Both the position numbers and the translations under genes were made by a program. The notes below the pieces were generated by a model. That model searched no databases, was not told the origin of the DNA, and saw nothing but the letters and a program-made list of their open reading frames with translations. Below are positions 17,544-27,100 of a stretch of 49,733 bases of DNA, in pieces. Where the stretch lies: positions 1 to 49,733 of the IMG/VR virus record IMGVR_UViG_3300011335_000110. One strand, 5' to 3'. Each line of letters opens with the position of its first letter. The first letter of the stretch is position 1. This DNA is from a virus (lineage: Duplodnaviria; Caudoviricetes).

Positions 17544-20531
17544 ATGAGCCTGCATAAGTTTGCCGAACAGGTAGCCGCCAATGGCCGCGGTGACGACTCG
17601 TTACTTGTACACATGACACCGGACGAAGTCCGGAAGCTACAACAGTTTGCCCAAGCTAATGGCACGACGCTGACCATCAATCCTACTACGGGTTTACCCG
17701 AAGCTGGGTTTTTATCTGACTTGTTTAAATCTATTGCCCCTATTGCGCTCGGCGCGTTCCTTGGCCCTGCTGGATTGGGCATGTCCTCCATGATGGCTGG
17801 GGTTGCCACAGGAGGTATTACGACACTGGCTACTGGCAGTTTGTCTCGCGGCCTCATGGCCGGATTGGGTGCGTATGGTGGAGCGGGTCTGGGCGAAAGC
17901 TTTATGACGGCTGGCGGGGGTATGAGTGCGGCTAATGCCGCAACTGCTGCGCAGGGGCAGCTAGGTGCAACTAATTTAGCATTAGGCGAAGCATTGCCTG
18001 CGCAAGCGGCGGAGCAGTTTACACAAGACGCAGTTGCACGCATGACTCCTTCAGGTGCAGTTTCCGCTGGGTTTAATAAAGCAATAGCTAGCCCCGGAGC
18101 GGCCCTTGATTTTGCCAAAGGCAATCTCGGCAACCTCGGTTACGCGGCGGCTCCTATTTTGGCGGGCGCCATGGTTCCTACAACCACAAAACTGCCAGAT
18201 CCAAAAGACAACAGCTATATTCGTCAGTTTGACTACAACATTAACCCAGAGACAGGCAGACCTGACCCCCTGTATGGCATGCGAGCAATGACGCCCGTCA
18301 AAGCCAGCGAGTTTGGAAACAAAACCTTCCAAGGCCAACGCGATCTGTTCAGGCAACAGAACCCAAATCCAAATCCAAATCCAAACCCAAACCCGTATGG
18401 ATTGGGTGTAGGTTCTTTAAACCAGCCACCGTTACAGCAACCAACCCCTATGGCAACGGGCGGTATCGTGGCTTTGGCTGGTGGCGGTGATGTTGTGCGT
18501 ATGGCTAAAGGAACGCCTCCAGCTATGCTAACCGACGAGCAGTTATACCAAGCATCGGGACTTACTGGGCAAGCCGGTTGGGAAGCTGCGGCCAAAGCGC
18601 GCGATGCGCAAAACGCAGCAATGAATACCTACAACCTTACAGATAACGCAACTGTGGGTGCCAATATCAATAAGTGGATTCAAGACAATCCATTTGCAAC
18701 AACAACGGATATTAACAACGCCATTAAAACTTCGGGTCTAACTCAAGATCTTGTTAATCCGTACCTGACTGCTAACACAAACATTTCTGATGCGGCACGG
18801 TACGCTTTATCTCATCCAAGTGAGATGCCCGGGGGTGGTGGTTTAGCGGGATTAAATGCAAATATTTTAAAAGAATTTACAACAAACCCGGGCATGAATC
18901 AGGCGTCAATTGACAGGTTGCAAGACATATACAAGGTAAGCGACGCCGACATTCAGAGGCCACTTAGCGCCGGGTCTCAAGTAGCTGCCACTGATATGGG
19001 CAAAGCAGCAAACTATTTGGCTACCAATCCTGACGTGCAGGCTTGGATAAATTCTGCTGAAGGCAAAGACTACATACAGAAGAACCCATCGTTTGATGCA
19101 AGCGATATTGCGTTCACTCACTACCAACGCTATGGTAAAGGTGAAGGCCGTAAGTGGGAAGAAGCCGCAACAAAAACACAAAACCCAATTGTCTGCGGCC
19201 CCGGATTCCGGTTAAATGCGGCAGGTACTGCATGCGAGCCTATACCTATTGTAAGCCCACCAGATCCGTTTGTTAACGTGACTCCTACGGGCTTCTATGG
19301 CAACGATACAGGCAACCCCCTAACCAGAACACCCGGCGACATCACGACCAACAAAGACGGCACAGTCACAGTAACGCCAAATATCCCCGGTCGGCCAGAT
19401 GGCGGCTTTACAGGCATGGGACAAGTACGCGACGCCTATACCGAAGGTGGCGGTAGCTTGGGCTACACCGCCTCAGTGCCTAAAACTGCGGCTGAACACA
19501 ACGCTATGTACAACAAGCTGACGGATGACTCGTTGGACGCGTACAACTTCCTGATGGGTAAAGGTAAAAACTTAACTCAACGTAAAGCAGAAACAAGAAA
19601 TAGACCCGTGATGCAGCGGTATGACGAGGCTATTCTGGGTAGGAAAATTCCAAAATTAACAAAATCCGGTACAACTACTACAAAGACAGTTGTAGGAGTC
19701 CCCGGTAATCCAAAATCTTACTTTAACGAAGCCGAGTATCTTGCGGCTAATCCTGATGTTGCAGCCGAATTAAAAACAGGCAAATCTGTGTCCGGTGAGC
19801 CTACACGCTTTACGTCTGGCTATGAGCACTACTTGATGTATGGTAAATCAGGCGGTCGTGCGTTTACTGGCGACTACGAAGGCTACCTAACTGCTGCGGC
19901 TTTGGCTAATGCTGCTAACGCAAGTGGTGGCGGGGGCGACGGGCCATCCGGCCCTTCTGGTGGTAACAATTCAAATAGTATTTCTGGATTTAATCCTGCG
20001 GCACCTGATAACAGTATTTCTGTAACAGATGCTGTAGCGTCTCCGGCAAGTAGCGGTACTCCTAGTGGCGGTAGTACTAGTGTTGGTGGCAGCGTAAGTG
20101 GCGATCCCCCCGGAGCACCTAGTGGGGGTGGCGGTGACAATGATGCTAGAGGCGGTTACTACTCTCGTGGTAAATTAAACTATCGTGCTAAAGACATGGC
20201 GATGGGCGGGGCTACAGGCTACGCCATGGGCGGCGGTCTCGGCTCGCTCGGCTCTTACTCTGATGGCGGTCGTTTGCTCAAAGGCCCCGGTGACGGCGTG
20301 TCTGACAGCATCCCTGCAACCATTGGTCAGAAGCAACAACCCGCACGCCTTGCCGATGGTGAGTTTGTGATCCCTGCGCGTATCGTGTCTGAGTTGGGTA
20401 ACGGCTCGACAGATGCAGGCGCTAAGAAACTTTACGCCATGATGGATCGTGTGCAACGTGCACGCGGCAAGACCACAGGCAAAAACAAAGTAGCGGCAAA
20501 TAGTCGCTCTGATAAATATCTTCCCGCTTAA
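17544..20531 (+). CDS. Putative ejection/internal virion protein, 995 aa, multi-module
   Basis: GAGG RBS; N-terminal GRGDD..VHMTPDE..INPTTGLPEA, Gly/Ala hydrophobic stretch, five xxGG motifs, C-terminal GPGDGVSDSIPA..LADGEFV. Confidence 0.7.
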   Translation: MSLHKFAEQVAANGRGDDSLLVHMTPDEVRKLQQFAQANGTTLTINPTTGLPEAGFLSDLFKSIAPIALGAFLGPAGLGMSSMMAGVATGGITTLATGSLSRGLMAGLGAYGGAGLGESFMTAGGGMSAANAATAAQGQLGATNLALGEALPAQAAEQFTQDAVARMTPSGAVSAGFNKAIASPGAALDFAKGNLGNLGYAAAPILAGAMVPTTTKLPDPKDNSYIRQFDYNINPETGRPDPLYGMRAMTPVKASEFGNKTFQGQRDLFRQQNPNPNPNPNPNPYGLGVGSLNQPPLQQPTPMATGGIVALAGGGDVVRMAKGTPPAMLTDEQLYQASGLTGQAGWEAAAKARDAQNAAMNTYNLTDNATVGANINKWIQDNPFATTTDINNAIKTSGLTQDLVNPYLTANTNISDAARYALSHPSEMPGGGGLAGLNANILKEFTTNPGMNQASIDRLQDIYKVSDADIQRPLSAGSQVAATDMGKAANYLATNPDVQAWINSAEGKDYIQKNPSFDASDIAFTHYQRYGKGEGRKWEEAATKTQNPIVCGPGFRLNAAGTACEPIPIVSPPDPFVNVTPTGFYGNDTGNPLTRTPGDITTNKDGTVTVTPNIPGRPDGGFTGMGQVRDAYTEGGGSLGYTASVPKTAAEHNAMYNKLTDDSLDAYNFLMGKGKNLTQRKAETRNRPVMQRYDEAILGRKIPKLTKSGTTTTKTVVGVPGNPKSYFNEAEYLAANPDVAAELKTGKSVSGEPTRFTSGYEHYLMYGKSGGRAFTGDYEGYLTAAALANAANASGGGGDGPSGPSGGNNSNSISGFNPAAPDNSISVTDAVASPASSGTPSGGSTSVGGSVSGDPPGAPSGGGGDNDARGGYYSRGKLNYRAKDMAMGGATGYAMGGGLGSLGSYSDGGRLLKGPGDGVSDSIPATIGQKQQPARLADGEFVIPARIVSELGNGSTDAGAKKLYAMMDRVQRARGKTTGKNKVAANSRSDKYLPA
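18360..18395 (+). repeat. Hexamer microsatellite encoding (NP)6
   Basis: AACCCA AATCCA AATCCA AATCCA AACCCA AACCCG. Confidence 0.85.
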
Positions 20532-20541
20532 GGAATAGATC

Positions 20542-21573
20542 ATGGCAGCCCCAACACCATCCTCAGTCACAGAATACCAAACAGGCTTTGCGCCTGTAAT
20601 AGCACCTTTTGCAGAAGAACTGTTAGGCAAAGCAGAGCTTGCTACTGATACAGAACTAAATCCCTACATGCAGTACATGCGGGATCGTCAGGCGCAGTTT
20701 ACGCCTTTACAGCAACAGTCGTTTGAAAATGCCGGATTGATGCAGACTGCCCCTCAGTTGGGCGACGCCACAGCTATGGCTGGGCAAGCAGGCTTAGGCG
20801 CTCTCAATACGCAGTACACGTTTAACCCCTATCAGACACAGCAGTTTACGGGTAATAACGTTCAAGCGTACATGTCCCCCTACATGGACACCGTTGTTGC
20901 AAGACAGCAACAAGACGCACAGCGTCAAGCAGACATTGCCGGTACGCAACAACAATCTAATGCAACTAGATCGGGAGCTTTTGGTGGTAGTCGCGATGCT
21001 GTTATGCGTGCTGAAGCCGCCCGTAACTTAGCTCGCCAGCAGGGAGATATTTTTGCTCAGGGCCAGCAAAACGCTTATACACAGGGCATGGGGCAGTTCA
21101 ACCAATCCCAAGCGCAGAATTTAGCAGGCCAGCAACTCAACGCACAACAGCAACAGTTTGGTGCCGGGCTGGGACTTCAAGGTCTACAGACAGCCATGAC
21201 AGGCGCTAAGTCTCTGGCTGATATTGGTCAGACACAGTACGGACAGAACCTCGGACTCTTGGACGTTCAGAATAAGTTTGGTGCGCAGCAGCAAAATCAA
21301 ATGCAGAACGCGCTAAACACGGAGTACCAAGACTTCCTGAACTTCCAGAACTACCCATACAAACAGATGGGCTTCATGTCTGACATGATCCGTGGTTTGC
21401 CTTTGACTCAACAGTCGCAGACTATGTACGCACAGCCCCCGTCAATGCTTCAACAAGCTGCTGGTCTAGGTATTACAGGTAAAGCGTTGGGCGCATTTGC
21501 CGGAGGCGGTTCTGTTGACGATCGACCTGCTGGTCTGGCAGACTTGGCAATCTACAGAATGGGTCAGGATTAA
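20542..21573 (+). CDS. Putative DNA ejection/pilot protein
   Basis: Gln/Ala/Gly-rich; YMSPY, GAFGGSR; C-terminal FAGGG. Confidence 0.65.
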   Translation: MAAPTPSSVTEYQTGFAPVIAPFAEELLGKAELATDTELNPYMQYMRDRQAQFTPLQQQSFENAGLMQTAPQLGDATAMAGQAGLGALNTQYTFNPYQTQQFTGNNVQAYMSPYMDTVVARQQQDAQRQADIAGTQQQSNATRSGAFGGSRDAVMRAEAARNLARQQGDIFAQGQQNAYTQGMGQFNQSQAQNLAGQQLNAQQQQFGAGLGLQGLQTAMTGAKSLADIGQTQYGQNLGLLDVQNKFGAQQQNQMQNALNTEYQDFLNFQNYPYKQMGFMSDMIRGLPLTQQSQTMYAQPPSMLQQAAGLGITGKALGAFAGGGSVDDRPAGLADLAIYRMGQD

Positions 21574-21576
21574 ATC

Positions 21577-24075
21577 ATGCAATTAGAAGAACTATCTAAT
21601 ATCTCTGACAATCTGGCAATGATGCCAGACCCTGCTTTGCAGCAGTTTGCGCAGATGCACAAGCAAGACCCGTACATGGTGTCACTGGCGTTGAGCGAAA
21701 GCAACCGCCGCAAGAAGATTCGTACCGCGGCTCAAGGGCAAGCTGGTTCAGTGCCACAGCCCAAAGTAGTTGACGCAGCCATTCAAGGTATGACTCCCGC
21801 CCCTGCACCAGCGCCTATGGTTGCTCAAACACGGCTTCCTGAGAACCAAGGCATTGCACAGATCCCCACACCCAATATGCAGGGTTTGGCTGACGGCGGT
21901 ATTGCAGGCTATGGTGACGACGAAGAACAAGGTATGGCCATGGGCGGTATGGCTGACAGGTTTAACTTTGCCCATCAGGGCGAGCCAGTGATTCGTATGT
22001 CTGGCGGCGGTGTTCCCGGCTATAAAAACGGCAAGACAGTGGTTGACTACCGACAAGCCATCATTGACGAAGCTCAAATGCAAGGCGTTCCTGCTGATGT
22101 GGCGTTGCAGATTTCTGGCGTTGAAAGTAGCTTTGACCCCAATGCAAAACCCATCGATCCAAACACGGGTAAACCCCGCTCCTCTGCAAAGAGTCTTTTC
22201 CAAGTAATAGATTCCACGTTTAAAGGCTTGGGTGGCGATCCTAAGAAACGTAACGACCCAATGGAGAATATCCGTGTGGGTGTTAAGTATCTTGCACAAA
22301 ACCAAGCGGCACTAACAAAACAACTTGGCCGCCCACCTAAACCACAAGAACTGTATGCAACCCATTTCTTGGGTACAGAGACAGGGTCTAAGCTTTTATC
22401 TGCTGACCCCAATACACCGATTAGCTCGTTCTTGGATAAAACCGATCCTAAAAACAAAGACAAGATTCTTACAGCTAATCCAGAAGTGCTAGGTGGTAAG
22501 AAGACCGTTGGCGATGTACTTGCTTGGACGCAAAAGAAAATGGCGCCAGTACTGACATCGGCTATACCAATTGGTACTGCCCAAGCTGAAACACCGCCAA
22601 AAGCTGGCATTACAGATTTAGTTTCTCAAATCCCCGGCTCTAAAGTAGCACCCCCAGCACCCGGCGAGAAAGATCGTTACATCACAGGTAACCAAGGCGT
22701 GATTGGCGCAGGTGAGACGGCTTTGCAATATCTTACTGGCACGCTGGCTATTCCTACGGCTGGCGGTGCGGCTGCGTTAGAGCAAGTGCCTAACATGCTT
22801 TCGGGAATCTTTGGTTCCGGTAAAGGTATTGACCGTGCTGAATTGGAAAAGTCTTTCCGTGATAAAGCCGCACAAGTTACGTACGAACCCCGTACTGTTG
22901 GCGGAAGAACAGTATCTGAAAGTACCGCAAAGACACTAGAAGATTTAAAAGTGCCTTCGTATTTGGCTCGCATTGGCTCTGGAGCAAGTGTGAGGCGTCC
23001 TTCTGCGGGTGCCGGCGAGGTTAAAGCACTGGCCAAAGAAGCTGCTGCAACGGCCGCAGAAAAAACAAAAGTTGCTGATACATTGCGTTTACCCCCGCCA
23101 TCAGAACAAGGTATTGCAGGGCTAGCAAAAGGTGCTGAGACCATACTTGTAGACTCGCAAGGCAACGCACTGCCTCCAAAAACGCCTCCTGCGGTACCTC
23201 CTGTAAAAGGCGCTGCACGCGCTGCACAAGAGGGCGAAAGAGTGGCTACAGGTGATCGACTGTTGAATCTGGCTAAAGACAAAGCAGAAGCCGCAGAAGC
23301 CAGAAAAGCTGCTGAAGGCTGGGCAAAAGCAGAAGAAGCTACTACAAAAGCAGACGCACAAAACATGCTAGCCGACGAACGTTTTGGGCAGACCAATCGA
23401 GCGCAAGGCATTGCCACTCTGACAGGCGCTACGCCTGCTGCAATATCGGAATCAAATGCGGCTAGCGATGCCGCCAATGCTGCAGCCGCAGCAGTTCCGT
23501 TTAAAGGGATTGACGCCAACGAACTTGAGCGCATGCAGGAAGCTAACCAAGCACCAATGACGCGTGACGATATTGTTAAAGCCGCTGAAGACGTAACACC
23601 TGTTAAAGAACGTAAAGGCTTTAGCAATGATGATCTGTTAACTTTAGGTCTAAACTTACTTGCAAGCAAGTCTCCAAACTTTATGACCGCGCTTGGCGAA
23701 GCCGGATTGGCTACCGTTGCTGGTAAGAAAGAACGCGAGAAGATGGAGCGTGAGGAGTCTAAGTCTAAAGGCGCCGAAGAGTTGCAAAGAGCACAGGCTA
23801 AGTACTACGGCTCATACGCTGATGCTATTGAACGTGGTGCCAAAGAAAAAAATACAGAGTTTGAAGCTGAAAAGATGGTGCAAGAAAATCTTAATAAGTG
23901 GGAGAAAACTATGGCGGGGCAAATGGCGTCTATGAATGACCCGACAGCTAAAGCAAGAGAAGAAACGCGTTTGCGCACAGCCATCTATGCAAGTCTTGGA
24001 ATTAAACCTATAATGGGTTCACAGTCCGCGGCTCCTTCTGGGGGCGGTGGTTTTAAATTTCTAGGGGTTAACTAA
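21577..24075 (+). CDS. Ejection protein with lytic transglycosylase (SLT) domain
   Basis: GVESSFDPNA (catalytic Glu), SLFQ, ENIRVGVKYL, LYATHFLG. Confidence 0.8.
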   Translation: MQLEELSNISDNLAMMPDPALQQFAQMHKQDPYMVSLALSESNRRKKIRTAAQGQAGSVPQPKVVDAAIQGMTPAPAPAPMVAQTRLPENQGIAQIPTPNMQGLADGGIAGYGDDEEQGMAMGGMADRFNFAHQGEPVIRMSGGGVPGYKNGKTVVDYRQAIIDEAQMQGVPADVALQISGVESSFDPNAKPIDPNTGKPRSSAKSLFQVIDSTFKGLGGDPKKRNDPMENIRVGVKYLAQNQAALTKQLGRPPKPQELYATHFLGTETGSKLLSADPNTPISSFLDKTDPKNKDKILTANPEVLGGKKTVGDVLAWTQKKMAPVLTSAIPIGTAQAETPPKAGITDLVSQIPGSKVAPPAPGEKDRYITGNQGVIGAGETALQYLTGTLAIPTAGGAAALEQVPNMLSGIFGSGKGIDRAELEKSFRDKAAQVTYEPRTVGGRTVSESTAKTLEDLKVPSYLARIGSGASVRRPSAGAGEVKALAKEAAATAAEKTKVADTLRLPPPSEQGIAGLAKGAETILVDSQGNALPPKTPPAVPPVKGAARAAQEGERVATGDRLLNLAKDKAEAAEARKAAEGWAKAEEATTKADAQNMLADERFGQTNRAQGIATLTGATPAAISESNAASDAANAAAAAVPFKGIDANELERMQEANQAPMTRDDIVKAAEDVTPVKERKGFSNDDLLTLGLNLLASKSPNFMTALGEAGLATVAGKKEREKMEREESKSKGAEELQRAQAKYYGSYADAIERGAKEKNTEFEAEKMVQENLNKWEKTMAGQMASMNDPTAKAREETRLRTAIYASLGIKPIMGSQSAAPSGGGGFKFLGVN

Positions 24076-24102
24076 CCCCACATAAAAATCTAGGAAGCAG
24101 CA

Positions 24103-27100
24103 ATGCCCATTTACAAAGTAGAAGGCCCTGATGGGCGTGTTTATAGTGTAGAGGGCCCTGCTGGTGCGTCCCCTGATGAGGTTGTTGAGTTTGTTCGGGC
24201 AAACTACAAACAGCTAAAACCCAAAGAAGGTCTTGGTGCGGCAGTCAGTAAAGGCATCGAGTCCTTAATATCTACAGGGCGCACGGCTGTTGGGACAGTG
24301 ACTGGCTCCCCAGAAGAAGCTGTTAAAGAGGGGCTTGCTCGTGGCGAAGACATGGGCAAACGCTACGCAGATGAAATTGGCCTTGATAAAGTCAAAGAAG
24401 CGTACGAAAAGAAAGGACTTCTTTCTGCTGTCGGCGAAGTTGGCCGACAAATCCCATTAGCTCTTGCTGAACAAGCGCCTAATCTTGCCGCTTCATTAGG
24501 TAGTGCTCGCGCAGGTGCCGCCCTTGGTTCATTTGCTGGCCCTGTTGGTACTGTCGTTGGCGGTATTGGTGGTGCGTTTTTGCCATCTCTTATTCAGCAG
24601 TATGGCGGTGACGTTGAAGCCCAAGCTCGCGCACAGATAGATCGCGGCGAACCCATTAAGATTGATCGTGGAGCCGCCGCACTAGCCGCCATTCCTCAAG
24701 CCGCGTTGGATGTGGTTGGCACATTTATTCCTTTGGGCGGGCGGCTTATCAGTAAGCTAACTGGCATCCCCGAGAAAGCTTTGTTTGGCAGGTCTGCCGC
24801 ACAAGCATCTAAACTAGCCGATGAAAGACTGCTGGCCACCCTTGCAAAAGGCACGGCTACTGGCGCTCTTGCGGAGATCCCGACTGAGATTACGCAACAG
24901 ATGTTGCAGCGTGCGCAAGCAGGCTTGTCCTTAACAGACGAAGACGCTCTTAAAGAATACGGCGAAACAGCCTACCAAGTCGGTTTGCTTGCCCCTATTG
25001 GTGCAGCCGGTCGGTTTGGAGACAGAGCCGCGGCTCGGGGCGAGCGTACCCAGCAACAGGAAGTAGCGCGTCAAGAAGAGCAGATGCGCCAGCTTCAAGA
25101 ACAAGAGACGCAAGAAGAACAAGACCGTGTAGCCAAAGAAATTGAAAAACAGCAGGCTGAAGAAACTAAACAACAAGCCATTGCCGCCAAAGCAGAAGAA
25201 AAGCGTTTAGCCCAAGCTAGGAAGATAGGTACGCCTGAGTTGTTGGCGCAGATGGGTGACGAGACAGTTGTCGGTAAATACTCTGAATTGCCTGACGCAG
25301 AGCGTGCTCGTACTGAACAACTTAACAGTCTAGCCAAGCAGTTGGGCTATACCGATGACGAGATAAAAAACCAGCCGTTTGATACATTGCAGTCAACGCT
25401 TCGTGAGCGCGTCACAACAGACTTGGAACAAGTTAGGCGCGTAGTCCCAGACTTGCAGAAACAACTGCAAGAAGTTAGGGCTAAGCAGGACATACAGAGA
25501 GCGTTGGATAAAGCACGGGCTAGCGGCGACTTTGCTAAAGCCGAAGCACTATCCGCACAATTAGAAAAACTGCAGAATACACCAGCAGGATTTGATCGCA
25601 TTATCTCGCTGTCTAAACAGCTTGAGAAAATGGTGCCCGCAGAAGAGAGCCTCAAAAGCACACTTAAACAATTAGACAAACTAGCCCCTGCCGAAGCTGA
25701 TCTAGGCGCGGTACGCAAAGCGTTGGATAAAGCTCTGGACGATGGTGACTTTGCCAAGGCTCAAAAACTAGCCGCACAGTTAGAAAAACTGGAAACTACA
25801 CAAGTTGGACTTGAGCGTAAGCTTCCCGGCGGGGCGATGCCGCGTAACGTCCGTGCACTACCTACTGAACAGGTGGACATGTTTGGCGCTGACTTCCAAA
25901 AAGAGTTGGATCAAAAAGATCGCCAGCAAGCACAGCAAGACATTGAGCAGATCACTGAGAAACAACCTGAGTCGCAAGTTAGCAGAGACGAAGACCTGTT
26001 TACTGCCGAGCAGGATTACGAAGAAAGTATTAAAGCTAAAGAAGAAGGTAAGAAAAAGACTCTCACTCCTGAAGAGTATGCAGAATCACTGAGCCGCGGT
26101 ATTGACCCTGACTTCGTCGGCCCAGAAGCGCAAACAGGCAAAGCCGCACCCAAGGTGCTGTACCGCCGCGTTCCAAGCACCTCGCCCAAGGAAGTTACCA
26201 GAAGCATACCCTACATCGTTGATGAGAAGGGTGTCAGCCGTGACTTGACCGAGAAAGAAGCCAAGGAACTGCAAGAGCAAGAGCCCAAGGTTGCCAAGAC
26301 GGGCGTGGACGAAGCCATTGACTCAGGGATTATCAACTCAGAAGTCAAAGACATCCTTGGTCTTAAAGGTCTAAGCAACAGGAAGCTAGACCTCAACGTC
26401 ATTGAAGACGCCGAGTTTGTCGAAGGTAAGTTGCGTGCCAAGCTGGATGCCAGCAAACAGAAAGCGCAAGAGCTACTCGATCAGTACATGGCTGATCCGT
26501 TTGCCGAAAACAATCTGTACGACACAGAAGGCAACCTGTCAGAGAAAGCCAAGGAAATCCTGTGGCGTGACATGCAGGCTCAGGAACTGGAGCGCTTGCT
26601 CAAGCATATTGAGGAAGGCAAGCGTGGCCGCCGTACTGCGGCTGGAGAAGAACGCCTTGCCGAGAAAGTAATTGCCGCACCAGAACGTAAAGCAACTATT
26701 GACACTACGCTGCCACCCATTGAGAAGATGGAAGCCAAAGATGCCAACGAGTTGGCACAGGTCATGGGCGTAAGCGGCGTAGCAGAACTTAAAGCCGCAG
26801 ACAACGAAGAGATTAGCGCACAGCGCCATACGCTGGAAGCCAAGCGTCAGAAGAAAAATAAAGACGAAGCCTACGACAAACTGCTTGAAGCGTTAGAAGG
26901 TCAGCGTACATCCAAGGATGCACCGCACAAGTACGATTTAAAGTATTTGTCTAAGCTGCGTACCCAGTACGTACAGGCGGCATTAAAAGAAGCGGCACAT
27001 TTGCGTGCGGCTCAGAGACAGTCACCCCTGTCTAGCGCCCAGATTCTGCAAGCTACCAACGACATGTACGGCTCGCTCAAAGAGTTGAGCACGCGGTACG

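Noticed and set aside
22677-23669. 330-aa antisense ORF, and many similar shadow ORFs
   Set aside because: It mirrors an Ala/Glu/Lys-rich sense gene; Ser/Ala-biased composition, no RBS or motifs.
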